A stretch of 64,000 bases of DNA from the human T2T-CHM13v2.0 reference genome, Homo sapiens, in assembly GCF_009914755.1 (NCBI RefSeq), contig NC_060927.1; one strand, 5' to 3'. Positions 1 through 14,294 of this stretch are shown in pieces (position 1 is the first letter of the stretch; each line of letters opens with the position of its first letter). Under the pieces are notes generated by a model that did not search any database, was not told the origin of the DNA, and worked only from the letters and a program-made list of their open reading frames with translations. Position numbers and translations under genes: made by a program.

Positions 1-153
1 ATGTGCCACCACGCCTGGCTAGTTTTTTGTATTTTTACTAGAGACTGGGTTTCACCATATTAACCAGGATGGTCTCGATCTCCTGACCTTATGATCTGCC
101 CACCTCGGCCTCCCAAAGTGCTGGGATTACAGGCGTGAGCCACCACACCCAGC
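1..153 (-). mobile_element. Alu (left arm plus start of right arm; cut by the window edge), AluS/Y-type
   Basis: Reverse-strand Alu consensus: ...ggtctcgatctcctgacct...cctcccaaagtgctgggattacaggcgtgagccacc. Confidence 0.95.
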
Positions 154-1544
154 CTGCAAATGTATTTCTAACCCCATAGCTTTCAGCAGCTTATGGCAAG
201 AAAGTAATTTTCACAAGTCATGTGAAAATCACTAAGCAGAAGTGAAAACCTTTCAAATTATACTACTACCTTTATAATTGTAGTACATAGAAATAGAATG
301 GTAAATATATACATTCTTATTTATTTTTTAAATTTTCTTCAAGATGAGATCCATTTCTTTCATTTTTCAATCTTAATAGTGCAATCAAACTAATTTGACT
401 AATCCCATTATTCCCCAACTCACTTCACCTCACCACCTAATCCCATTCTCAATTCCAGAGGCACAAAAATATGCTAACTATTAACAGCTGGACTTAATTC
501 TAGTCAAGAGATGTTGTCAACGTCCTTATGGCAACTCCTAGCAAAAAACACTGATAATTGAACAAAATAAAACTTACAATATGCTCACTCAGAGGCCAAG
601 AGTATAGACATGTTGACGCCAATATATTTTAATATATTTATTAAATTGTCAGGGTTTACTTTTTGTATGTCTTTAATAGACAAATATATGTTTAAATAAA
701 ATTGGAATTGGCCTTTGATTTTCACATTTTATTTCTAGCCCCATTGCACTCTGGCTATGTTATGATACTAGAAAAACTTCTACAGTGCCAACATATCTTT
801 ACTACCCATATACGGGTACCACATACTAAAATTTTTGTTTGTTAAGATTTTAGCTCTGTTGTGTCAACAAGTGCTCATGTTTTGACTAACGTATCTGATA
901 ACGAGCAATAAACTGTATCATGAGATTATCATCAATACTTAGTTCCTAATTTATTCATTTTTGTCTTCCTGAAAGCTGTAAGGTAATGGTAATGCTGTGG
1001 ATCTAAAAACCAATACGGGACAGTGAAGGACTGTGACCAATCTATTAATGTAGTTCAATGGCCAAACATCCAGAGATACCAGTGTCTTCATCTAGTAGTC
1101 TTTTATTTTCCAGTATAACCTTCATCCAACAACCAAATTTATCTTTTCTTAACATAAACCTTATTGTGTCAACCCATACTTAAAACTCTTCAATGGATTT
1201 TTTTCATCAGTAGACCATTTGGTCTTTACTGATCATAAAGACCAAAATGCTTAGAATTATTTATGAATCCTTAAATAATCTGAGATTGCATAATTCATCT
1301 TGTATAACTTCACTTCTTAGCTGCTAAAAGATACCATTTACCCTCCTATCTCAGGACATTTATCATTCTAGTTTACTTGTATCTTTCTTCTCTTCTTTTA
1401 CTACTCAAGTTCTGTGCTAACTACAGATCACTTACTGTTACTTTCTTAGACAATGCTTCCCTGATCCCACAGAATATTTCAAGCCTCCTGCATAAATGCT
1501 GCATAGTCCCCTTTTCCTTAATAAATATCTCAGTTTATAATTTA

Positions 1545-1870
<326 letters not shown>

Positions 1871-2254
1871 TAACAATGGATGCATCTAGTTGCATCTAGT
1901 TAATATACCAGAGAGAACTACCAAACCTAACTTCTATTTTCCACTCTAAAACTGCTTCCTATTTGTTCACTGAGTACCTGCGTCTAACCATGTTATTTGA
2001 AGTTCAAAAGAACAAGAGGAATCTTAGCCAGTGTATGATTAGGCAAACACTCACCATAGTGATTTTAAAATTAGAAATTTTTCCATGGTGTGTCAACTTT
2101 TTGGATGATTTGCAGCCCTTTATTTTTCCTTTTTTGCTTTTAAAGTGTTCCTTATAAAAAGTTCTTTTCTGGTGAGAAAGTGACTTTGGACTCTACCAGT
2201 TGGCATACTTATGTGATATGATTTAAATGCATTCCTTTCCACAAACCTATTTTT

Positions 2255-2385
2255 AAGGTAGGTAGCATTATGTTCACTGTGCGGGTCGATAAACTGAGGG
2301 AGGGCCTCAGTGGTTAATTATATTGCAAACGCACTGTTTAATAAGTGGCAGAACTTAGAGAGTTGGAATCCAGGACTTGAAAATG
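2255..2385 (-). mobile_element. MIR fragment
   Basis: Degenerate core: taggtagcatta...aaactgagg...taagtggcaga...ggaatccagg. Confidence 0.5.
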
Positions 2386-3332
2386 CATGCTTTTTCTTAT
2401 TCCAAGTTGTAGTGATTCCATCTATGTATCCAGGGAAACTTATGAAATATTTGTCTGTAGGACTATCATCTTACAATGCAACTTCCCTAAAAGTTAGATT
2501 ATATTTTTGTTGTGCTATTTGGTGTAATAGGTCTACATTCTAGATGAAGTGAGCATACAGTTTTTTCTCTTGCAAAAGTTCACTTTGTGTATCCTTCATT
2601 TCAGAAGAGTTTATTTTCAAGCATGTGCAAATCTACCAGAGCAATTAGAGCTGTATTTTGTTCAAAGAAGTAGATGGATCACCAGACTTACTCCCTACAA
2701 GTAATGCGCCTGACAGTGACAAGTCAGATGCAAAAGGAACTCTCAATCTTGGATTCATTTTATATGGGACCCTAGGGCAAGTGGGTATTTAATCTGGACT
2801 AACTGAAGACATTTATCCTTATCGTTGCCAAGGTACTTATTGAAATTACTAAAATATTCTAGCAACGGCTCTAGGAAAAGAAAACCTGTCCTACCATCTG
2901 AAAGGATTTACTGCTCATGATTCTGCCTGAAAGATAAACCACCTTAATGTGGATTTTAATGACAGTTTTCATTTTGGATTCACATGTAGAGTGCTGATGC
3001 TTTTGGTTGAAAATATACCTTTAATTAAAAACATGAGGTTTTTTTTTTAAAAAAATCTCCATTTGGTCTAAAACACATAGTAAATCTGTAGCTTGAATTT
3101 TATTCTAGGCATAAAATCATATGTTATGTCTCTTTAAAACCACATACTTTAATTCCTCGTTCAAACCATCTGGGCTTTTTTTATGGCAGTAGATATTACA
3201 TACTATTTTATTTCTTCCTGAAATTTGAAGCAGGAAGAATGATCTAGAGTGATAATGTCAGGAAGGCCAGCATGATTTTTAAAAATTGGTTCTGAATTTT
3301 ACAACAATCGCTGAATAAGATCCTCTGCATAG

Positions 3333-3333
3333 T

Positions 3334-3375
<42 letters not shown>
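3333..3375. repeat. (TG)n microsatellite
   Basis: Direct reading; about 20 units with one interruption. Confidence 0.97.
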
Positions 3376-3377
<2 letters not shown>

Positions 3378-4509
3378 TATTAATAAAGATGTAAACTGCA
3401 GGCTGCACTGAAGAAAAATATATGGCTATGGGAATTATTCACTGAATAGATAAGCACTTCCCTAGAATTTTAGAAGCAAAAATGCCATGCAAATTTATGT
3501 TAAGAAATTGTGTGAATAGGATTTTCTCTTTTCTTTCTTGATGGAATAAATAAACTGGAAAGTTGTCTTTTCCTTTCACTCCACTTTAAAAAAAAAACAG
3601 TTTTAAATATACCCTTGGATTTAGAGAAGATCCTGGGAAACAGCACCCACATTCATCTGTTTATTTCTTGGTAGGCATCTGATCTTCCTGGAACTGAAAA
3701 GATAAGGAATTTCTGTTTCTTCTTGCCATTCCACTAGCTAGCCAAGTTTCTATTCTTTCTAGTTCTTCAATTTTATATCGATTTCCTTTTTCTCAATGTA
3801 ATCATTTCCTCCATTTACACCTTTGATTTAAATGTTTCCTAGTTTTTTAAAATAAAGTCTATTTTGAAAAGACCAAGGAGAAGGCAGTTTACTGCCCCTC
3901 CTTCCCTTACCAAAATCCTTAAAACCATTAAAGATTTTATCAAGAAATTAATATACTCATAAAAAAGGTTTAATGTTGTTAGTTTGTGATTAACCTCCTC
4001 AACTACATTATACATTCGTAGTAAACTGTGTTGGGAAGAAATCCTATTGCACCCTGCTAGGACATAATGAGAGAATAAGATTAGGCAGGTTGTTGCATCT
4101 CAGCAAAAGCTATTGGAGATGCTGCTTGAAGTACATATTGTTACCACTGAATAATTATGATCACTTGCTTCGGAATCTTCCTATGAGATGGAAAAATAAC
4201 CTGTGTTTAAGAGACTCAAATTTTTCTTTCCTGTTCCTGATAGGCTTAAACACATTCTGCCACATGAACAAACAGTGTATAATCAAAGCTTAGCAAAGTA
4301 CACAGGAGGCCCTTCAGAAATGTTGGCTGAAACAATGAATAGATGTCTGTTCCCCTCCAAACAGGGAGTTTTGAATCATTTTTGTTGACTTGTTTGACCA
4401 TTTTTAATCTTTTTATCCTGATGCTACATCAGCGTATAAGTTTAAATGAAAATAAGCAATTTTAATCTGTTTTCTTTACATTGATGAAGAAAAATGTCTC
4501 TCCATTAGC

Positions 4510-4610
4510 TCTGGGAGCTCTGGGCCCACACCAACCCTCTTCCATTAGAATCTGCATTTTAATAAGTTCCCCAGGTCATTGATGTGTACATTAACATTTG
4601 AGATGCAGTG
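4510..4610. mobile_element. MER5-family (hAT-Charlie) DNA transposon fragment
   Basis: gaatctgcattttaataagttccccagg...tgtacattaacatttgaga resembles the MER5A arm. Confidence 0.6.
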
Positions 4611-7600
4611 AATCTCAGTTTTGTTTTTCTTTTGAATTTATATAATACTAAAATAATTAAAACTTAAAAAAAATATATATATATATAAATGGATTGGTAA
4701 TTGTCACTTATTTAAATTAACTCAATACATTTAGTTATTTTTTAGAACTTCTTTTCTAAGACTATCTTCCGTCCATAATCCTGGCTTTATAAACCAATTT
4801 TAAATAATTTTACATGGTATATATTTTTGTGTTACTTTCCTTAGAAAATTCTTAAAACTTTTTATTGCCAGTTAAGGTTTAATTGCCTCTTATAGTAATA
4901 TTTTCCATGTATAAGATTCTTAAAGTAAGCCATTAACTCTCTCACTTTTTCATATCATTCGTTTAGATAATAGGCTAAAACACCTTTGCAATGTGTGTAT
5001 TTTTATGTTTATCACTTTATCCAAATTTATTGATCAATTTGATAAACCTCACATTTTAAAAAATATTAAAACCGATTTTCAGTAAGACAGTATATATACA
5101 TGCTCAAACTCTTTTGTGTATCTGTACCAGTGAGTTATTTTCAAGTTGAACACCTATATGCTTTAGAAGCCTCCAACATTATCAGACTTCACATGAATAC
5201 ATTACATAATGTATGCGATTAAATTTTTTTCTAGAATTTGAGTTTTCAGATTCCTTCAAGAAGGCTTCATTTATACTTGTGAATATTTCAATATTGTTTA
5301 TACAAGTATCTTATGAATATTTCAATTTTGTTTATACAAAGAATATTTTTCTACTCTTGTTTCCCAAATATTTTCTATTTCATTTCCCATCTGGAATGCT
5401 CAACTTCTTCTCTGTCACTTAACAAAATACTTTATGAGTTATTTTAAGATTCACTTCTTAAGACTTCCCTATTTAAGCTGACTTGGATCTTTTATTTAAA
5501 ATTCAACTGTTCTCATGTTTTGTTATTATTTCACACATATTATTTGCATCTCTACATGATGAATTAATATAGGGATCATGTTTTATACTTCACCAAAATT
5601 AAGGAATGATTAGTTACCTAAAATTCTCCTTAAAATATTTTATGATTGAATTATTTTATAATAAATACTACCAGATAGTAAAAATTTAATGTTTTACAAA
5701 TGAATAAATAAATGAAAAGACTGAAACAGTTTTTTCTATACTTCACTAATTAGAAAGCCCTAAAACCTGACTTATGTATCTACAATTAACCCAAATCAAT
5801 ATGTGATGATTATAGCATGAGTGGGGTTACTAGACAATTATCCTTTACTGTTCTGTTACTTGATAAAGCTGGTCAGAGAAAATTTTCAATTCTTTGTCTG
5901 CTTTAAAGAACACTTAACAGACTACAGCTATATAGGTGTTCTGTATCACTGGAAAATCCTGTGACATCAGCTGCTTTTACAATTTTAAAACCACAGTAAC
6001 AGCCTTTAAATTTCCTTAAATGCCTTAAGGAGAAAGAGGAAGAGGGAGGGAGTAAAAAGAATATCATCTGAATAAAAGTAAACTAACTTTGAAAAAAATG
6101 AAAGAACTCCTTCAAATTCTCACCTATCTACCTGTCGCCTGCCCTCCAACCCCCACCAAACTCTACTGGGAGGCCTAGCTACCTTAAGGATCACCAGATG
6201 CATGAAAAGTTTTTATAAGGAAAGTTTGAGTAATATTTATTACATTTATTCAACAACTCAGCAGCACTTAATGAAGGAGAACCTTCAGTAGTTGGAGGGG
6301 GCAGGGATCATTATGCAGTTCTGCAATCTTGTTTCCTTTAAGCTTCTGTCTCCATGTCCTTGGGTTTTACGAGTCAACTTTTAATTTTTATTTTATTTTT
6401 ATCTACTTTCAAGAATGAAGTATACAGATACTACATCTGGTTTGGTAACTACCTTTCTGTCTTCTTTTTTTTTTTTTTTAAATCCTCAAATTATTTGGGA
6501 TTTGTTCACTAGCAGAAATGCTCCTTGTTGGAAGTATTATTAACAGCAATGACAATGATCAGTAACAACAAGACTTTTAACTTTGAAAAAATCAGGACCA
6601 TATAGTATTATAGACACAATGTTTGTTCCAGCATTGATAATTATCTAAGGGAAATGGTCTCAAATTGTTTCTAAAACTTGATAACACTCTTCTAAGTATT
6701 CAGATATACTCAATATCTATGTGCATTAATATTTTAAGATTAAGTTTACAATATACTAAAGACTGCACGGTCACCTCTTTCCATCTTCTTCCATTTACCG
6801 AGTGACCAGGTAGGCAGGAAGCACAAAGAAGCATGGATCTCAAATCAAATGTGATTGACTGCAGTTTGCATTTTCTACCTTCAGGATACCATTGTATTTG
6901 CTGTTACCCTTTAGACTACCTAAAATAATAGAATTTGTGAAATTAACAGTTTTTTCAATGTTCTTTACAAAATGTTTTTGTTCTATTAGCCAGGTCTGAC
7001 ATGCATTTGGCACTCATTTTATGGCAGTTTTCTTCCTTCTGTTGGGGAAACTAAACAATCCTACCAACATAAAGAGCCCTCCGTAGCAATGTTATGAAAA
7101 GAAAAAAATAATTTATCATTCTGTACCCATTAACATCATTATTTGCAGTTAAGGTAGCATGAATTCAGCATAAAGTTATGGTAAAGCCTCACATTCCATA
7201 CAACAAAGCAGAAATAACAGTAGCTTTTCTTATGTGCTCAAGGGATGAGGGTCTGCACCTGATATCAGGTTCCTGTGCGGCTTGTGAGAGACCCCTGAAC
7301 TAATTCCAGAAGTGTGTTTTTTATATATCCAGTGGTTATTTGGCCACCACATTGAAATAGTTCTACATCATAAAATCTGGACATGAGCTTAATCACTAGA
7401 GAGATTTATCTCTATACCAAACGTTCTAATCTTCCTCAAGGAAGGCCTCAGATTCACTATGTCTCAAGGAAACCCATTAAAGAAAGAAGGGAGGACAAAA
7501 ATGTTCTATTTGCTTTTTATAAACAGGAAAAAAAAATAATTTAAATTTATCCTTGCACCCTCAAAACTTCACCGGTCCCATTATCAAAAAACTCGTGTCT

Positions 7601-10363
7601 TTGCTGAAATCGATTGGGTTTCTTCCCAACAATATTAGTGTAGTTTGAAGAAGAAACACAGTTATAAGTAAATGGAACTGGAATGCCCTGGAAATGGAAA
7701 AGAAAATGGCAAAGGATAATTTTTTTCCTTTACACTGTGTTTTTTTTTTTTTTTTCTGTCTTGCTTTAAATGTGCTTTTGTGCTGGTGTGCATATGTGTG
7801 TTACAGAATATAGGTATAAGGATGGCTTAGGCTGCCTTTCTTGGTCCTCCTTCTAGAAGTTGATACTGACAAAAGATGCTATAATAAAACATTCATCACC
7901 AGGAAACTGAATTTTTGGGGTATCTTGAAATATTTCATTTTCTTATACTATTATATTCTGATTATATTATGTCTTCCATTTGGAAAAGGAAAATAAGTCT
8001 CATATTTCTTAAATGCAAGACTTAATGTATGGCTTAGAAGAAGCCAGGATTATTTGTATGGAGGCCTGATTTAAAAAAAAAAATGAGCTCTTAGTTAGCT
8101 TATCAATCCAACAATTTGTTTTCTTTGTCTCTTAAAATTTCTACAGAATTCACATTCATTTGGCAGTGACTATTCTTGTAAGGTGTGAAGAATCAGATTA
8201 TTCCATCTTACAGAATTAATAGTGTTTCTTAACAGATAGGAAAAGAAATTAAAATAATAATTAAATTACATAACTAAATTAAAATAATAACGGCACCTGT
8301 TTTTGTAATGTATGACTGGGGACTAACTCAGTTGTCCTTGTATTTGAGAACAAAGGTATCCTCCTACATGTGGTCTCTGGTCTTAGATGATTGAATAATC
8401 TAAAAAAGGCCAGGCTGAAGATGCAGCATCTTCATTCCTGGCTGCCAGTCTAACTCCAAGATTGTAACATAAAGCGCCCAGTGTTGTTGGAGACAGTGCA
8501 TCAAAAGACAAAGTATATCCTTAAAACCATGGTGTAAAGGTAACTCCATTAACTCCAGCTTCTATGGGATACTTTGCCTCCCATATTATGTGCACCTTTA
8601 TGGATGGCATAAATTAAAGATGCCAAAACAGTCTCTTCATTATTAGAAATATTTGTTTTCTAGATTTTTTATTCTTAATTTTTTATAGAAAATAAGAAAA
8701 AGTGCATTAGCACAGGTTCTGAGAGAGGGCAAAGGTAATATTTTAAAATCCTATAAAACTTTTTAGTTACTCACTAGTCAATAGGAGAATTTTCCCCAGA
8801 AATATTGGTTACTTGTTTTTTAAAAAGGTATGGCACCTGCTGTACCACATGTTACAATAGGTACATTGCACAGAATACTTCATAATAGAAAAATCTCATC
8901 TTCTTAGTCTATTTTGAAATGTCATCATCAGTACTTCCAAATTTTGTTAAAGTAAAACAATACTGTGATATTGTTGATTATTTTCTCATTTTTAAATAAG
9001 AAACCTTTAAGTGGCTATTTATAAGGAATACTTTGAGCTCTTCCAAGATGAAGAAGTAGTATACATTCATTCCTATTTGACCTGATAGTGTGACTCATTC
9101 ATGTGGTAGTTTGTTGATAGGAAATTAGCTAAGAAAAGAAATAATAATGTAATTTTCATTTAGCTACTTGTGCTTTGTCCTCAAGTTTTTCTTTTATTTT
9201 TAAGATTGGCATATCAACTGTAAAGCATTACATTTAAAGCAGTTACATTTCAGTATCATATTTTATAAACCGTGCTATCTATATCTATATTTTAAATGTC
9301 ATTCATTGTTTATGTATTTAAAATGCAAAGCATTAACATGTTATTATGTGTATCACATTAGGAAAAATACCTATTTAATGTATTAAATCACTAATATATA
9401 TTAACCACTCCAGTTATTTCTACCCTCAAAGATAGTAAATTTGATTAAGAAAATAAGTGCTATGTATTCATAAAATATATTATCCAGAATATACTATGTC
9501 AAAGTGAAGTTTAAAAGTGCACATTTTATTTGTAATTTTACATTTTTCAAAATACGTTGTAAAAACTTGTTCAAAAGAGTGTTGAATTTTTATTCAGAAA
9601 GAGAATACAAGCTGAGGTTACAGGAAAACAAGTATGTTTATGAAAGATAATTGCAAAATGCACTTATCTGTTGACATTAGAAGAAAATAATTTTATTATG
9701 CACATTTTAGTTATACAGGTTGCCATATTAAGTGGTGTAAATATTACTCTTGAATGGTGGAAAATGCTATGGCAGTAAGGCAGATTTATTCAGACCAGAG
9801 GGAAAAATCAAGCCTTGTGTCTCCTTTCTCTGATTACCAGTGGAAAAAGGAGGAGGAGGAGGCTGGCAAGGAGATTTACTGTGCATCCTCTTCCTGAGCC
9901 TTGATGGGCCACGATGGGCAGAAAGCTGTAACTTCAAGGTTATAGTGTGAACCAGGGTATTAGCATAGGCACCTGTTTAAGGCCTTGACATTTACCCAGA
10001 AAGTGAGAAAGGATTTTACAACAGAGACTCAGCAGACCTGGAGCTTTAAAAACTTTCAAATTTCCAAGATCCAAAATAATGCTTTCCAACAACGTTTACT
10101 AGATTCGTTATTTCCACAGTATTTGTAGAACTGCCTCTATAATACCTATGGATCGACTTCTGGAGGGTCTACTTTATTCTGTTGTTTGATTGTTTCTGTA
10201 ATAAGGCCATACCTTTTATTTTTATGGCTTTTTAATATCTGTTTTATATTTGATAATGCCAGTCTTCTTATTTCTCCAAATTGTTTGTCTATACTTTTAG
10301 AAACATTTGAAGATTAATTTTAACATTTATTGCATGTAAAATTACCATATTAACAATGTTATC

Positions 10364-10675
10364 TAGGCTGGAGGCGGTAACTCATGCCTGTAATTGCAGC
10401 CCTTTGGGAGGCCACAGTGGGAGAATGGCTCGAGGAGCTTGAGACCAGCCCGGGCAACATAGTGAGACTCTATCTCTACAAAAACAAATCAGCAAGGCAG
10501 GGTGGTCTGTGCCCCTAGTCGGAGGGTATGGTGGGGGTGGAGGGGTGTGGGGATGGGGCGGAGGTGGAGTAGGAGGATCCCTTGAGGCCAGCAGGCTGAG
10601 GCTGCAGTGAGATTGCACTACAGCCTGGGCAACAGACTGAGACCTAGTTTCAAACAAAACAAAATAAAACAACAA
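10364..10675 (+). mobile_element. AluJ with an internal G-rich insertion
   Basis: Diverged two-arm Alu (gagaccagcccgggcaacatagtgagac; aggctgcagtgag); extra G-rich stretch at 10521-10570; (AAAAC)n tail. Confidence 0.9.
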
Positions 10676-10974
10676 CATTATTATCTTGTTCCGTATAGTA
10701 TCCTTATGTTTCTTCATTTCTTTTAGTAGTGTTAACTATTTCCCCATGAAAGTGCTATAAATTATTTTAAAATTAATTCAAAGAAGCTTAATGGTTTGTT
10801 ATAAACAGTACTTAATGTTCTCTTGAATTTTTATTTTAAAAAATTATGAATAAACATTTCACATATCCAGCAATGTGCAAAAATAATATAATTAACATCC
10901 ATTTACCCAGCAACAGGAAACATTTAGCTACCCCCAAACAATGAAAATTGTAAACATTTTAAAAGTGCATACAC

Positions 10975-11185
10975 CATGCACTTTATAAATACTTTTTAAT
11001 ACATTAACTCAGTAACCCTCATAACAACCCATTGAAGGAGGTACAGTGAGCTTTACTTTAAAGGGAACTGAAACACAGAGAGGTTACATAACTTGCCCAG
11101 GTTACACAGATGATGACTGTGGGAGTTTGAATTCAAGCCCATGCTGTCTGACTCCAGAGTGTGTGCTCTTACCCACGATGCTATG
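10975..11185 (-). mobile_element. MIR
   Basis: ctcataacaaccc...gaactgaaacacagagaggttacataacttgcccaggttacacag...tctgactccagagt. Confidence 0.85.
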
Positions 11186-11603
11186 CTTTTTCCAAGTTTA
11201 TTGTTACAGATAGAGCTAAAAGTTTATCCAGAAAGCCCTACAATATCTGGTATTGCAAGTCTCCGTCTTGTGAGTTGGAGAGGGAGGAAATGACAGATTC
11301 ATGAGAAATGGAATGGATACATTTGCCTTTGAATCTCCAGTGTCTAGAACACTGTGTAGAACAGAGTACATTCTTAGAAAATATGTGTTGAATCACCCTT
11401 TCTACATCATTGCAAGTGAATTTTTTCAAAAAGGAGTAACTTGCTCTATTTTCCTAAAATTTTCCCCAAAAATGCTACCGATATCTATTGATATTATTAT
11501 ACAGTTAACTCTCTAATTATTTGTTTATTTCACTACTAACATTGCATGTTTATATGATCATATAACATCTTATGATACATCAGACAGAATTAACCAATGT
11601 TAA

Positions 11604-12022
<419 letters not shown>

Positions 12023-13235
12023 ACACCTCAAATTAAGCATTTAAGGAAAATATGCATGATTCTTCAAGTAATCTATCAAAAATCTTGTCTATTTATCATT
12101 AGTCCAATTATCTAACCATCCTTTCATCCATTGCTTTTCTTGCTGCTCCTTAGTCAAGGGTGTTTCTGTAGACTTACGTCCAAGTGGTTACTCAGCCAAC
12201 ATACCTCAGTCTTCCTGAGCCAGTTGCTTAGAATCCATTCTGACTTGTCCGTTCCATGGGATGCGGTAGTTAAATACATTAATATTACCCCTGAATATAA
12301 CCTAGATAATAGTCTGGTAGCAAACTTGCATTATTGTGGGATGTTGAGTGGAATGCTGAGCTCTATGCTTGCCAAACTATATCAGCTACTTATGCTGTTC
12401 TCATCAAACATTTGAACTCTGGATGTCTTCCAAGAAGCTTTTTTCTACTATTTCATTTTGGTAAAACAGGCTACTTAGGAGGTCAAAAGAGACAAAACTG
12501 CTGATTTATGGGTCTTCCGAAAGTGATAAAATAAGGAGAGCTGAAAAACCTGGTAAAACTTGATCTCTTTAGGGATTAATATATTTGTTACTTTTTCAAA
12601 ATTGTGATTTAAATAACTCTTTTGTATGGTTTATGTAAGAATTTGAGCTGTTATCTTAAATATTAAATTTGTAATTTTTATGATGCAATAATTAGCAAAA
12701 AAATTAACATTTTTGGCATGTCTTTCTTCGTAAGTATCAATTACTATTTTAAAAATATAAATAGCTCTGTGAAATTTTAGATTTGAAGGATCAAGCAGAC
12801 ATTCTATTAAGGTTTACGTGAGTATGTATTACATTAAAAATAAACTTAAATTTGGAGCATCACCGCCATCTGATTTTAAGACTTCTATAGAGCTGCAGTG
12901 TAGTACTAGTATAAGTACATAAATAGATGTCAATGGATAGAGTCCAGAAACTGGTATGCACTCATATGCTTTATTTTCAAAAGGTGCCAAAAAGAGAGAA
13001 CCTTGACCCTGAAATAATATTATATTCAAAAATTAACAAAACAGATCTTAGACTTAAAAGGAAATACTAAAATTAAAAATATTCTAGCAGAAAACACGTG
13101 AAAAAACCTTTATAACCTTTAGAAGATTTTCTTAGAACACATATAGCCTCCCTCCCCCCAAAAAATAAAAATAAAATTTTATAAGAATTTAAAATTTCTG
13201 CTCTTAAAATGACAACATTAAGAGAGTAAAAAGAA

Positions 13236-13378
13236 GTTGGGATGTGATTGCTGCGCCTGTAGTCCCAGCTACTCAGAAGGCTAAGGCAGGAGGATCACTT
13301 GAGCCCAGGAGTTTGAATCCTGCCTGGGCAACATAGAGAGATCTTGTCTCAAAAAACAAACAAAAGAACAAAATAAAA
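13236..13378 (+). mobile_element. FLAM-type free Alu monomer
   Basis: Single monomer: cctgtagtcccagctactcag...ggatcacttgagcccaggagtttga...cctgggcaacatag, A-rich tail. Confidence 0.85.
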
Positions 13379-14172
13379 TGAGAAGCCACAGACTGGGAGA
13401 AAATATTCTCAATATATAACTCTAACAAAGGACTTATATCCAGAATACAACTGTAAGAAGAGAAAAAGCCAGTGAAAAGACTATTTAAACAAACAAATTA
13501 TACAGATGACAAATAAGTCTATGAAGGAATACTTAATATTATTAATTGTCAGGGAGATAGAAATAAAAAGCATAATCAGACATCACTGTAAATCTATCAA
13601 ATGACTAGCATTAAAAGGCTGTGTGATAAGAATGCAAGCAACTGGAACTCTAAAACATTGCTGCTGAATGTAAAATAATACAATTTCTTTGTAAAACAGT
13701 TTGGCAATTTTAAAAGTAAACCTACTGTATAACCTATAATTTCTAGTCCTGGGTTTTTATCCAAGAAAAATGAAAACATAGCAGCTTATTCATAAAAGCC
13801 CCATACTGGAGACAATCTAAATATCCATCAACAAGTGAATGAATAAACAATTTGTAGATATTCATACAATGGAATGTGAATGAAAATGAGACAAATCCAA
13901 AAGAGTACATACTTTATGATTCCATTTATATGAAAATTTAGAAAAAGCAAATCTAATCTAGGGAGAGAGAAAGTAGATCAGTGGTTTCCTACAATTGGCA
14001 GTTGGGGTATTGACAGAAATGGACATAAAAAAATTTGGGAGTTGGGGGATGATGGAAATGTTCTATACTTTGACTTTGGTGGTGGTTACATGGGCATATA
14101 TATGTTTTCGAAACTCCTTGAAATTTATACCTTAAAACTAGTGGATTTTATAATATGAAAATTATATCTTAA

Positions 14173-14294
14173 CCCATTTGTGTCTGAGGTTGCAATTTTT
14201 TGAATTTTTGCAATCAGACCTTGGCGATGACCTTGAGCAATAGGATATAACTTCCACATGCTTAGTGTTCCAATAATGGAACGCTAGGCATAAA
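14173..14294 (-). mobile_element. MER85 (PGBD3/piggyBac-derived MITE)
   Basis: TTAA target (14169-14172), TIR cccatttgtgtct, body gaggttgcaattttttgaatttttgcaatcagaccttggcgatgaccttgagc, internal palindrome gttccaataatggaac (14267-14282), partial second TIR aggcataaa. Confidence 0.88.

Noticed and set aside
2235-2265. Possible recursive splice site tttttaag|gtaggt (similar ttttcacag|gttaga near 27325)
   Set aside because: Weak acceptor or donor; such motifs are expected by chance in 64 kb and need RNA saw-tooth data.
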